Of a stretch of 51,698 nucleotides of DNA, positions 21,775 through 31,483 are shown piece after piece; position 1 is the first letter of the stretch; every line of letters begins with the position of its first letter. Under the pieces are notes generated by a model that searched no databases, was not told where the DNA came from, and was given only the letters and a program-made list of their open reading frames with translations. Where the stretch lies: assembly GCA_008690995.1 (NCBI GenBank), contig VRMN01000002.1, positions 2,356,001 to 2,407,698 on the forward strand, given 5' to 3'. The DNA comes from Porphyridium purpureum (taxonomy: Eukaryota). A program made the position numbers and the translations under genes.

Positions 21775-22571
21775 CTTGGAATTTCTCCCTTTCTGCTTTG
21801 TAACCGAATCAACAAAACCGGACCGCTTCACCGATAACAGGAACTGGAAACCGCCACACCCCGGAAACTGACAAACCGACGACGAACCGACACACCGAAA
21901 CGAACGGAAGGACAAGCAGGACAATCAGAGAAAAGTGGCTAGAAAGGAAGAGAGGACAGAAAATTCAACTTATAGGGGACTACGAGAGGGAGTGGACCGG
22001 TCTTGACAAGTGAAGGGTGATGGAAGGTACGTTTAAACCCCAGCTGCCTTTTTAAAAACACTCCAGACCGATATCCGCTCGCACAACACGCTAGCGTGCC
22101 TCTCCCGCAAATCCAACCCAAGTCTTCCAACGACTGCCTCAATCCAACTAACCAATTCTCTTTTTATTCTATTTGCCCTTACCTCTTCTTCTACCTTGAC
22201 CTGGAAATTCCTGGGAACCAGCTTGCCCCTTCGTCCTTTTATACCCTTCGTCCTTGCTCTTTCCAGCAAGGACGGGAGAACAAATTTCTCCAACAGGACG
22301 AATTTCCACCACAGGTTTTGATTCGTTCCACAACTCGCAACCACAGCCGGCCACGTATCCGGAAAATGGCCGGGAGGGCGCGTCAAGAACGAATCCAGAA
22401 GCTTCGGCCGGCCTTTGACCTTTGCACAAGGTCACACAAAACGACAATGACAAACATTTCGCAGGTCCGAGATCATCACGCTTCTCGAACAATCTTTCAT
22501 CATAGAACTTTCTAGGGTTTTGTACTCAAAACCCTACGGCGTCTCTCGGGGCGGAACCCTAAAATTCCACG

Positions 22572-22925
22572 AACACTATAGGAGACCACAGAACACTACG
22601 AAAAGCCGCTGGACACTACTGGAGACCACAGAACACTACAGGAGACCACAGAACACTACAGGAGACCACAGAACACTACAGAAGACCACAGAACACTACG
22701 AAAAGCCGCTGGACACTACTGGAGACCACAGAACACTACAGGAGACCACAGAACACTACAGAAGACCACAGAACACTACGAAAAGCCGCTGGACACTACT
22801 GGAGACCACAGAACACTACAGGAGACCACAGAACACTACAGAAGACCACAGAACACTACGAAAAGCCGCTGGACACTACTGGAGACCACAGAACACTACA
22901 GGAGACCACAGAACACTACAGAAGA
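22572..22925 (+). repeat. 20-bp satellite with 80/100-bp higher-order structure, between elements A and B
   Basis: Cycle gaacactacgaaaagccgct / ggacactactggagaccaca / gaacactacaggagaccaca / gaacactacagaagaccaca. Confidence 0.95.
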
Positions 22926-23255
22926 TGTTGAAGTACGCCCCCGGCGTAAACCCTGCAAAGTCAAGAAACGGTTTACTTTGTAATACCACTCGCGTCAAAA
23001 ACATATTCGCCTACCCAAACGCTACACTCAAAATTTCCACCCTACTCCTTGGCCCTGCAGCATTTTATACCCCTGTAGCTGCACTGTGGCGGCGGCGCGG
23101 AGATGCAAAGCGACAAGGAAACGTCAGTGTGGACTTCTAGAAACGTCGCAAACATACGTGCCCATGGCTCGTGCTAGCACGCAGGCTCGCACCCGACCGA
23201 ACACATTAAACAGTCCAAACAGTCCAAGTCGTTGACCCGGATAACCATTCAACCA

Positions 23256-26200
23256 TTAACCATTTGCACGTACATCAACACACTCCCGTCGGTCCGTGTT
23301 AGCCTGCGCTAGATTCGCAACCTCAACGCCCAACATGCGTTCACGAAGTGAGCGGAAAGCTTTTCCTTGCAGGGGCTTGGTGTGAGCGTCCGCCACCATC
23401 TGCTCCGTGGGGCAGTACGTCATCTCTATCTCGCCGCATGCAACTCTGTCGCTGACGAAGAAGTGCCTCAGAGCAATGTGTCGGGTCCGCGACGAGTTGG
23501 GACGCCCGTTACGAACTAATTTCATGGTGGCCTCGTTATCTTGGTACAACAGGGTGCTGAGGCACTCCACACCGAGCCCTCGCAGCAACCTCTCGATCCA
23601 GAGAGCTTGACCTATGCAGTCACTGATGGCGACTAGCTCTGCCTCTGTTGAGCTCTTGGACGCGAGACTCTGACGGCTGCTCTTCCCGTACACCGTTCCG
23701 CGGCCCAGGCTGACCATGCAGCCAGAGTGGCTCTTCATGTCGCTGTGCACACCAAAGGACGCGTCAATGAAACAGTGCACGCGCGGCGCTCCGACGCACC
23801 CAAGTGTGAGCCCCAGCTCGCGCGTTCCTTGCAAGTACTGCACAACCCTGCGCAGCTTTTCTCTGTCTTGTTCGGTTGGGGCTTGTACTCGACCCGTCAA
23901 GAATGATGCCGCGACCAGCAGATCTGGTCTCGCCCTCTTGCTGAGATAAAGAAGTTGACAGGCTGTCGTGTGGAAGGCTCTCGCGGAGGAAGCAGCCAGC
24001 AATGGCGAGTCTTGAACCTGAAACAGGTCGTCCAATGCGGGGGTTTTGCCACCGACCTTACCCAGCACAAATGGCTCGGCCTGCTCAATGATCTTGTCCG
24101 CGTATGCGGGCATCCTGACGGTAACTTGACCAGGTTGGTTATAGTCAAAAACCATTTGTAAATATTCAATCACACTGCCGCTGCGCATCGTGAGCACTCC
24201 GTACTCCGGCTCGAGTCCCTTTACCAGTTTGACGATCGCGGCGTCGTTTACAGCCATAATCTTCATGTCGTCCACGTGTAAAGCTAACCAGGTGTCGTCT
24301 TCATCGCTTCTGAACACGCAATAGTCTACCATGCTTCTTTGGTATCCCAACGCCGCGAGGCTTCGACATAGATGGTCATACCATAACTTTGCGCTCGTCC
24401 GGCAACCATATAATGCTTTCTTCAAGCGACAGACTAATGTACCTGAAGCAGACAAATGGCTCTGGAGTGTCGGATCAGCGGTCGTCATACACTTCGCCAG
24501 CGCCTTTGCGAACCGAACGAAAACGGGTGGATCACCGCTTGGCATCACTGCATTCAAATACGCACCTGGAAAATCTACACTGGCAACCTTTCTCCCTTGT
24601 GTTGCTGACATGGCAGCAAGCGCAAACAACGACTCAGTAGCGACTGTTGGGGACGACGTATTTGGGTACAACTCCGGATCCTGTCGATCACCCCCAGCAA
24701 CCAGTCGAGCTTTCAAGCGCACAAGCTCTCCGGTTTGTGGATCACGTTTCTCCGTCACAAACAAATGCACGGGCAAAACATTGCGCAACTCGTCTTCACT
24801 GAGTCTCCTTGTCACAGGCTCAAACACGTCGTGACCATTGGACCCCAACTGCACGAGCTCGCTCATGACCGATTCAAGTGCAGGCTCGCCATACTCCTGG
24901 ACTGCTCTCAACCATGAGACGGTCGGCGCTTTCAAACAGTGCGCTTGGACAAACTCTGTAATTAGAGCTAGCCTAATTCTACGCCTTTTTGCTTCCCCTG
25001 CGTATGTATTGCACCCGTCACTTCCGCCTTGATCCGCTGCCGTTCTTTTGGTGCTAAGTCCGCCGACAGAAGCCGGTCCAGCCTGTTCACCATGTCCGTC
25101 CAGTACGTTTTTCGTTGTCATTGTGCAATCTGCGAGATCCCACTCTGCAGGTGCCCCTTCGACCACGCCGACTTGAACAGCCTGACCTTCGCCTAAGACG
25201 TCGTGATCGTCGCTGACCTGGTAGGCAGCAGCACGTTTGTCAAGCGCGTGGATCTGTTCCTGCAGAATGGCCTCTTTTCGAGATAATTCCTCAATTCTTT
25301 TCTCGATTGCTTCGACCCGCACTCCCGGATTTTCCTCTGCGTTTTCTCCCGCTCCTGGATTACGGTTCGGTTGTGATGATTCTACTACTGCTGACGTGCG
25401 CGAATTCTCCAGAGTTTCTTCATGTTCATTCGCAGAACGCGCTGCACGTGTCTCGCTAAACGCTCCGGCTGACAAGGTCAACCCACTAGCTGTTCGAGTC
25501 GCTGCTGCCCCAGCTGGCTTGCCTGCCTCCCGTCCGGCGGTGTCATGTTTTTCTGCCTCATGCTCATGATCTTCTGTCGCGAGTTCAAGGCGCGCAGTGC
25601 CACGCATGGCGTTAACAGCGGCAACAACCTCTTGTGTAATGACAGTTTTCCTCCACCGTTGTCTGCGCAACTCTTTCTGCGACGCGAGGTTTAGAAAAGC
25701 CCACGTTCCTTCAACATTGCCTACCGGGTATAGAGCTATACAGCCGGTGGCGCGTGGTGTCATCGTGTTGTCCACCTTGGCATTCATGATGAGAACGTAA
25801 TCGCCAAAACCGAGACTCACATCGGCTGTGCTGCTAACTTTTCGCCCGGTCATTCTGGTCCACGGAGTCTCGTCATCTCGCCAACCTGTGCTGCTTGGTA
25901 CGATGTTGGCCCGGTGAGTTACATACTTCATTAGCGCTGGAACCAAGCTGGTCGGCAATGCAAAGGGTAGGCCATGGATGACAGCCCTCGCTATGTCCTT
26001 CAGCGTTCGATTGGCACGCTCCACTGCTGGTACGGCCTCTTTCGCTCCCGTGACATTTGGTAATATGCCGGACCTTTTCATGTCATCAACGATAGCAACA
26101 ATCCCCGATTCCGGGTCCGACTTGATGACCCTGATCACCACGTTGTGACCTCGCAAACTGGCAATTTGTTCTTGCAGTGCCCGGCGCAGCTCCCATGACG

Positions 26201-27098
26201 TCTTTGCTCTGATCGCTGTTGTCAGAATGAAGTGCATTGGTTTCACGACAGAAATCAAGAAGGCTTGTCCGCAGAGAAAGTGGATATCCGAATGCATCTC
26301 TTGGTAGACCTCCTCATTTCTTATCGGGACGTAGCCAACTTCCGTAGGCTTGTGTCCAGTTGCCTTTCCTTTGATCGCGGCTTCGCTTGGGCCAAACAAT
26401 TGTTCGGCTCTCTCTGCATCCCGCGCGGCCAAATTACAATTTTCAACATCCCCGCGCCTAAGCACTTTTTTCAGCACGTCGAACGAAGGGAATCCCAAGC
26501 GACGTTGTAAGTCGCGCGCTTGTTCTGCCCGGGCTATCTCTTGCTTTGTGAAGGGCGAAGGTTTGCCGCCACTAGGTAACGGTAAAGCTGAACGCTCCAT
26601 GGAGTTGTGGCGGCTGTCAGTGGAGAAGCATTTGTGTGCGGGAATGTTGTCAAGATCGTGCGTCAGGCCATTGCAAGGAGCTGCGTATGCGTTTATCTTA
26701 CCACTTACGCAACAGATATCCGCCACATACAGCCCCTGGTCCTGTCTGAAACGCACTTCCTTGTTGTCAACATCCAGAACAACAAACACGTCCCCGGCCA
26801 TGTCATACTTGGTGCCCTTGTCTTCGTTCCTCAGCTTGGCGAATGACAAGATGTTCCCGGCCACTTTCTGCGAGTAGTACACTTCGCCAAATTTGGTGTC
26901 GGCAATCTCGTCAATAAATATTCCACTTGATCCGGCGTCAATTCCGTGCAGCACGACCTTCCGGTCCGTCTTGCGCACGTTCGTAACCGCCTCACCACTC
27001 GAAAAGATATGCTCCGAAGCCATTGTATCAAGGCCCACTGTGGCCGCTTCCCTGTTTGTCGCCCGGTGGACATACACGTGTCGCAACGGGCCGCTTCC
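23256..27098 (-). CDS. pol: Element B Pol: protease, integrase lacking a clear HHCC, RT, RNase H
   Basis: GLDTMASEHIF; LQRRLGFPS..FGPSEAAIKGK; HSDIHF..KSDPE..VERANRTLK; KARLVAGG, DFPGAYL, KKALYG, LHVDD; FIDASFG, KSSTEAEL, MVADAHTKPL. Confidence 0.95.
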   Translation of the reverse strand, partial: GSGPLRHVYVHRATNREAATVGLDTMASEHIFSSGEAVTNVRKTDRKVVLHGIDAGSSGIFIDEIADTKFGEVYYSQKVAGNILSFAKLRNEDKGTKYDMAGDVFVVLDVDNKEVRFRQDQGLYVADICCVSGKINAYAAPCNGLTHDLDNIPAHKCFSTDSRHNSMERSALPLPSGGKPSPFTKQEIARAEQARDLQRRLGFPSFDVLKKVLRRGDVENCNLAARDAERAEQLFGPSEAAIKGKATGHKPTEVGYVPIRNEEVYQEMHSDIHFLCGQAFLISVVKPMHFILTTAIRAKTSWELRRALQEQIASLRGHNVVIRVIKSDPESGIVAIVDDMKRSGILPNVTGAKEAVPAVERANRTLKDIARAVIHGLPFALPTSLVPALMKYVTHRANIVPSSTGWRDDETPWTRMTGRKVSSTADVSLGFGDYVLIMNAKVDNTMTPRATGCIALYPVGNVEGTWAFLNLASQKELRRQRWRKTVITQEVVAAVNAMRGTARLELATEDHEHEAEKHDTAGREAGKPAGAAATRTASGLTLSAGAFSETRAARSANEHEETLENSRTSAVVESSQPNRNPGAGENAEENPGVRVEAIEKRIEELSRKEAILQEQIHALDKRAAAYQVSDDHDVLGEGQAVQVGVVEGAPAEWDLADCTMTTKNVLDGHGEQAGPASVGGLSTKRTAADQGGSDGCNTYAGEAKRRRIRLALITEFVQAHCLKAPTVSWLRAVQEYGEPALESVMSELVQLGSNGHDVFEPVTRRLSEDELRNVLPVHLFVTEKRDPQTGELVRLKARLVAGGDRQDPELYPNTSSPTVATESLFALAAMSATQGRKVASVDFPGAYLNAVMPSGDPPVFVRFAKALAKCMTTADPTLQSHLSASGTLVCRLKKALYGCRTSAKLWYDHLCRSLAALGYQRSMVDYCVFRSDEDDTWLALHVDDMKIMAVNDAAIVKLVKGLEPEYGVLTMRSGSVIEYLQMVFDYNQPGQVTVRMPAYADKIIEQAEPFVLGKVGGKTPALDDLFQVQDSPLLAASSARAFHTTACQLLYLSKRARPDLLVAASFLTGRVQAPTEQDREKLRRVVQYLQGTRELGLTLGCVGAPRVHCFIDASFGVHSDMKSHSGCMVSLGRGTVYGKSSRQSLASKSSTEAELVAISDCIGQALWIERLLRGLGVECLSTLLYQDNEATMKLVRNGRPNSSRTRHIALRHFFVSDRVACGEIEMTYCPTEQMVADAHTKPLQGKAFRSLRERMLGVEVANLAQANTDRRECVDVRANG

Positions 27099-28130
27099 TC
27101 ACTCGACCGTGCGCTCTTTCTTGAGCTCCAGCTTAAGTTCCTGAAGTTGACGCTGGCACTCGCCAAGTTTTTCTTCCATGGTTCGTGTGTGAGCGTCCCT
27201 GGTCTGGTTCCTTTCCAGTGCCCTCTTCTTCTTCCAGCAGTTCTTCTCCAGGTGTCCCGGGATACCACAAAAATGACACTTCCCCTTGGAACCGCCTACA
27301 TCAGCTTTTGCAACCGCAGCTATCGCTTCACCACTTACAGTGGCCGCCTCGATGGCTAACTGGGCTTCATTGGATTGCGCAACTGAAACGGACACATAAC
27401 CAGGCGCATACTTGTACGCGGAGACGTACAAAACCACGTCCTGAACGCTTGCAAATTGTCGCTCGGCATTGTGGGCTTGGCGAATTGCCTCTGCGAAGCG
27501 CGACCGCTCCAACTTATGGAAGAACTCTTCCGCCTGACGCGCTGCACTCATCTCCTCGCCTACAAGGGCGAGAACCATCGCTGCGGCCGCAAACCTGGTT
27601 TTGAAATCATCCAGAGAATCTGCTCCAATTTCTATAGCTTGAAACCGCTCACGTGCAAATGTACGGCAACGATCCACGGATGCGCCATTCGGTGTCAGGT
27701 GCACCACGACGATTAGATTTTTCAGCTGGAGAGGATCGTTGCGAGATCTTTCAAGCATCTCAAACTGCGGGCGAGCAGAAAGAGCCGCAACGGAAGACGT
27801 AGACAGCTGTCCGCGCATAATCGCATAGATTCTGGACCTCGCGAGCTCCATATCCGCGCTCCATTTGAGCGCGGTGCTCAACTGTGATTTGGCGATTTCC
27901 TTGTCTCTCCAGTTGTCGGGCTCCTCTGCGTCCGGTAGGGCCGGGCCCTCTGGGTACCTCGCATTATTGAGGTCGAAAATCGCTCCGAGCAACCCAAATT
28001 CAACAGCTGTGTAGCCTCCAAGCGCACGGAGCCATTCCGTGACTTCCTCGGCCGGCCGCATCTCGGTCGCATCATACCTCAGTAGCGGGAGTCCCTCCGT
28101 TACTCCCTTTTCGCCAATCTTCTTGGCCAT
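27099..28130 (-). CDS. gag: Element B Gag with CCHC knuckle; TGA stop in frame with pol
   Basis: CHFCGIPGHLEKNC; position between the 5' LTR and pol. Confidence 0.9.
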   Translation of the reverse strand: MAKKIGEKGVTEGLPLLRYDATEMRPAEEVTEWLRALGGYTAVEFGLLGAIFDLNNARYPEGPALPDAEEPDNWRDKEIAKSQLSTALKWSADMELARSRIYAIMRGQLSTSSVAALSARPQFEMLERSRNDPLQLKNLIVVVHLTPNGASVDRCRTFARERFQAIEIGADSLDDFKTRFAAAAMVLALVGEEMSAARQAEEFFHKLERSRFAEAIRQAHNAERQFASVQDVVLYVSAYKYAPGYVSVSVAQSNEAQLAIEAATVSGEAIAAVAKADVGGSKGKCHFCGIPGHLEKNCWKKKRALERNQTRDAHTRTMEEKLGECQRQLQELKLELKKERTVE

Positions 28131-28611
28131 TTTGTCTGCCGCACGCCGCTCGAACTTCCTGTCAGCGCCGTCGGCCTTGTCCCCCCGTACCCTTGACCGG
28201 AGATCCTACTTCCGCTCGTACTCTTGACGAAGCGGAGGAAGCGTTGAATGTTTTTGTGTTGAAGTACGCCCCCGGCGTAAACCCTGCAAAGTCAAGAAAC
28301 GGTTTACTTTGTAATACCACTCGCGTCAAAAACATATTCGCCTACCCAAACGCTACACTCAAAATTTCCACCCTACTCCTTGGCCCTGCAGCATTTTATA
28401 CCCCTGTAGCTGCACTGTGGCGGCGGCGCGGAGATGCAAAGCGACAAGGAAACGTCAGTGTGGACTTCTAGAAACGTCGCAAACATACGTGCCCATGGCT
28501 CGTGCTAGCACGCAGGCTCGCACCCGACCGAACACATTAAACAGTCCAAACAGTCCAAGTCGTTGACCCGGATAACCATTCAACCATTAACCATTTGCAC
28601 GTACATCAACA

Positions 28612-28795
28612 GAAGACCACAGAACACTACGAAAAGCCGCTGGACACTACTGGAGACCACAGAACACTACAGGAGACCACAGAACACTACAGAAGACCAC
28701 AGAACACTACGAAAAGCCGCTGGACACTACTGGAGACCACAGAACACTACTGGAGACCACAGAACACTACAGGAGACCACAGAACACTACAGAAG
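28612..28795 (+). repeat. 20-bp satellite, between elements B and D
   Basis: Same units as 22572-22925. Confidence 0.95.
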
Positions 28796-28796
28796 G

Positions 28797-29465
28797 TGTA
28801 GAATAAACCCCCGACTGGTGGTATTACAAGGCATTGAGTTACTCTAGGTCGGCACGACAACGGCGTACTTTACTTACCTTGCCAAACACGCGGTGGGCAA
28901 ACAAACTACAGCACTCCTTACGGAGACACGTTGTTCCCGCTCCCTAGGCACGCGCCCTCGCCGCCGCTTTTATACGCGCCCCCGCTGCCCGTACATGAAC
29001 GTTACGCCCGCCACACGAGCAACCACAACCTGCGCATCCGCCGTATACACCCGCCCACAAACCGTAACGTCAACCCGCACACAGACGCACAACTTCTCGG
29101 TTTGCTCACACACTCCTTTTGTGGTCGCAGTCGTGGTCAACCGCACGGATCAACTTCGCAGGCGCATCGATTCCCAACAAATTATCTCGCATCTTCACAA
29201 ACTTCGAACCTTGTAGCGGCTTCGTAAGAGCGTCCGCCAGCATGTCTTCGGTTCTACAGTGCTCTAGCACCACGAGCCCTTTCTCCACCAAGTCACGTAC
29301 AAAGAAGTGGCGTATGTCAATATGCCTCGAGCGCTTGGTCGTGCCTCGGCCGGCATTGATGAGTGCTAATGTGGCCGTGTTGTCCTGTAACACCGCCACC
29401 TTGGAAACAGCCACACCTTGGCTGCAGAGCATCTTGTATGCCCATAGGCCTTGTCCGACAGCGTC
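28797..29465 (-). mobile_element. 3' remnant of copia element D (B-related): 3' LTR ~28797-29110 plus RNase H C-terminus, truncated at CTAGGGTTAG
   Basis: ORF 29106-29432 reads LQDNTATL..RSRHIDIRHFFVRD..MLADALTKPLQG. TG..CA bounds; the CA|CACTCC junction matches B. Confidence 0.85.
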
Positions 29466-30476
29466 TAGGGTTAGAGGCGTTTTTCAGGTAGGGTGGGCCC
29501 TGCGGTTCGGCCATACCATAGTACAGTTGCTTCGGACTCTAGTACAGCTGCTTCAGACTGTAGTATTGGGTTAGTGCGTTTTGGGAAGGATGTGTGGTCC
29601 ACAGTGCAGTTCGCAGTGCAGTCAGCGTACTACAGTATAGTGAAATCATGGATTAAAAGTGTTCCGGTCCGAGAGACGCCCTGGGTGTACACCCGGAGGT
29701 ACGGCGTCTCGGAATTGTTTGAGGTACAGGGGCTTTTTCGCCCACGTGGTTTTTTACCCTGTACCTCTGGTTTGTGCATTGTTGTCTTTCGCCCCGAGGA
29801 GCCGGAGTCGCGTGTCCGAGGGAAGCAGGAGCCGCTTGGCGGCCGGCCAGCACCCATTGAGCCGCTTGCTGACGTGGCTGGCTGTGGCTTCGTTCTGTGG
29901 AACGAACGGAGGAAAGCCCAGCCTTTGGGAGAAATAATTTCTCCCTTCCGCGTCAAGGACAGCAAGGACGGCGGGGTATATAATGGGCGCGGGCCTGTGC
30001 GGTTCCCCGGATTTTCTTTAGAGCGGAAGAAGGAGAGGCAAGGGAGAAGGACACAGAGAATAAAAGGAAGAGTTGTTCTTTGGTGTCGGGTGCCTGGGCG
30101 TGGTCGTCGGAAGGCGTGGGGCCTTTTGCTGAGCCTGTGTAGCAGAGCCAGCAGCACATCGTGTCTGGGGGGTTTCGGTGCTCTTGGAGCACTGAAGGCA
30201 GACGGCGGCTTTGTCCGTTACGACACCCTGCCCCTGTCGAGACCGGTGCTGTCTGTGCCGACGCGAAAGGCAATAGTAGAGGCCCTATACGCTGGATTTT
30301 CCACGCCCCGGGTATTCGTCGTCTGTGTTGTGTGCGTCGTGTGGTTGTGTTCTCTGTGCTGTGTGCGTCGTGTTGCTGGGGTTCGGTCATCTGAGAAGGG
30401 TTGTGTCATCCGGGTTCGTGCGCTTGTCATCATCAAGCGTGCGAGAATTTAAAGTGGTATCATCGCATCGGCGAAG

Positions 30477-31433
30477 ATGGATTCTGAGGGAATGGACGTG
30501 CAGGGCCTGCAGGGCGGCGCGTCGTGGATTGAAGCTTTCAACCAGCTTCATGCTCGTATCGGAGGACAAGAAATGATGATTGTGCAGCTGCAGGAGGGAA
30601 ATCGCCTCTTGCAGGAGATGCTGCAGAATGTGATGCATCAGGCATCTGTGTCAGCTGGTCCCGGCGAAACGGAAAGGACCGTTGCATCGCTGATTGGACG
30701 CAGCTTGAGAAAATACGACGGACAGCGCGACAAACTCGTTGTGAACGAGTGGTTGTCGAGGATGAAGCAAGACTTGGACATGTGCATGCCAGCTGGAGCG
30801 CTGGAGTCGCAGAAGGTGATCGTAGCGTCGCGCTTCTTTGAGAAGGATGCCGCGCTGTTGTGGGCAGCTCGCCCTGAGGAACAGAGGATGGCATTGGCCG
30901 AGTCCGGTTGGAATGCGTTCGCGAGCTTCGTGCGGACGGCATTTGAGCCGCCGCAGGCATACCTGACTGCTCGAACGAACTTGTATCAGCTGAAGCAGGG
31001 CAAGATGACTGTTGCTGAGTTTGAGCAGCGCCTGAGGATGGTGGCTCTGTCCGTGGATAGTGTGACAGATGCCGAGCTCAACACCATCTTCACTCTCGGC
31101 CTGAAGGAGAAGCTTCGCCTTGAGGTGGCGCGTCAGGACACGAAGACGCTGGAAGAGTCGCTGAGGGCGGCGTTGGCTGCGGAGCAGGTTGGTAGGTTTG
31201 GAGGAGACATGAGGGAGGCTTTTCATGGCGCCTCGAGTCCAAACTACCGGAACAGCTCGTCGTATGCCGGGACGGCGCCAATGGATTTGGGCGTCGTGGA
31301 GAAACGCCAGCCGGAGAAGCGCAAGCATGCGGACATGGGCAAAGTCAGATGCTACCATTGCGGGCAGCGCGGCCACATCAAACCCAATTGCCCAAAGCGG
31401 AATGGGCACTTGGCGGGAGGCCCGGAAAACTAA
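30477..31433 (+). CDS. gag: Element C Gag
   Basis: Clear homolog of A Gag; APMDLG; CYHCGQRGHIKPNC. Confidence 0.93.
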   Translation: MDSEGMDVQGLQGGASWIEAFNQLHARIGGQEMMIVQLQEGNRLLQEMLQNVMHQASVSAGPGETERTVASLIGRSLRKYDGQRDKLVVNEWLSRMKQDLDMCMPAGALESQKVIVASRFFEKDAALLWAARPEEQRMALAESGWNAFASFVRTAFEPPQAYLTARTNLYQLKQGKMTVAEFEQRLRMVALSVDSVTDAELNTIFTLGLKEKLRLEVARQDTKTLEESLRAALAAEQVGRFGGDMREAFHGASSPNYRNSSSYAGTAPMDLGVVEKRQPEKRKHADMGKVRCYHCGQRGHIKPNCPKRNGHLAGGPEN

Positions 31434-31483
31434 AACCTCGAGGGAGAAGTTGGGAGGTGCACTCGAGGGGAACGGAACCTCCC
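31424..31483 (+). promoter_or_regulatory. -1 frameshift signal of C: G_GAA_AAC + pseudoknot
   Basis: Stem 1 CCTCGAG (31436-31442) / CTCGAGG (31462-31468); stem 2 GGGAGGT (31452-31458) / ACCTCCC (31477-31483). Confidence 0.85.

Larger units (their letters stand above)
16811..22571 (-). mobile_element. Full-length LTR retrotransposon A (copia pol order, gypsy-like gag/protease); LTRs 16811-17607 and 21775-22571; 5-bp TSD AACAC
   Basis: ~797-bp near-identical LTRs; AACAC at 16806-16810 and 22572-22576; PBS and PPT (GGAAGGAGGAG) abut the LTRs. Confidence 0.96.
22926..28611 (-). mobile_element. Full-length Ty1/copia LTR retrotransposon B; LTRs 22926-23280 and 28257-28611 (355 bp, TG..CA); TSD GAAGA
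   Basis: LTRs look identical by eye, TGTTGA..TCAACA termini; GAAGA at 22921-22925 and 28612-28616. Confidence 0.97.

Noticed and set aside
22572..22925. Satellite or WD40 array as a CRISPR array
   Set aside because: No unique spacers, no cas genes, eukaryotic context.
22520..23140. Repetitive ORFs (TTEHYRRPQN) here and at 28563 and 37842
   Set aside because: Translations of the 20-bp satellite running into LTR sequence.
29493..30452. 319-aa ORF as an env-like or accessory gene
   Set aside because: It starts outside the element and spans the LTR; the frame is broken in the other LTR copies.
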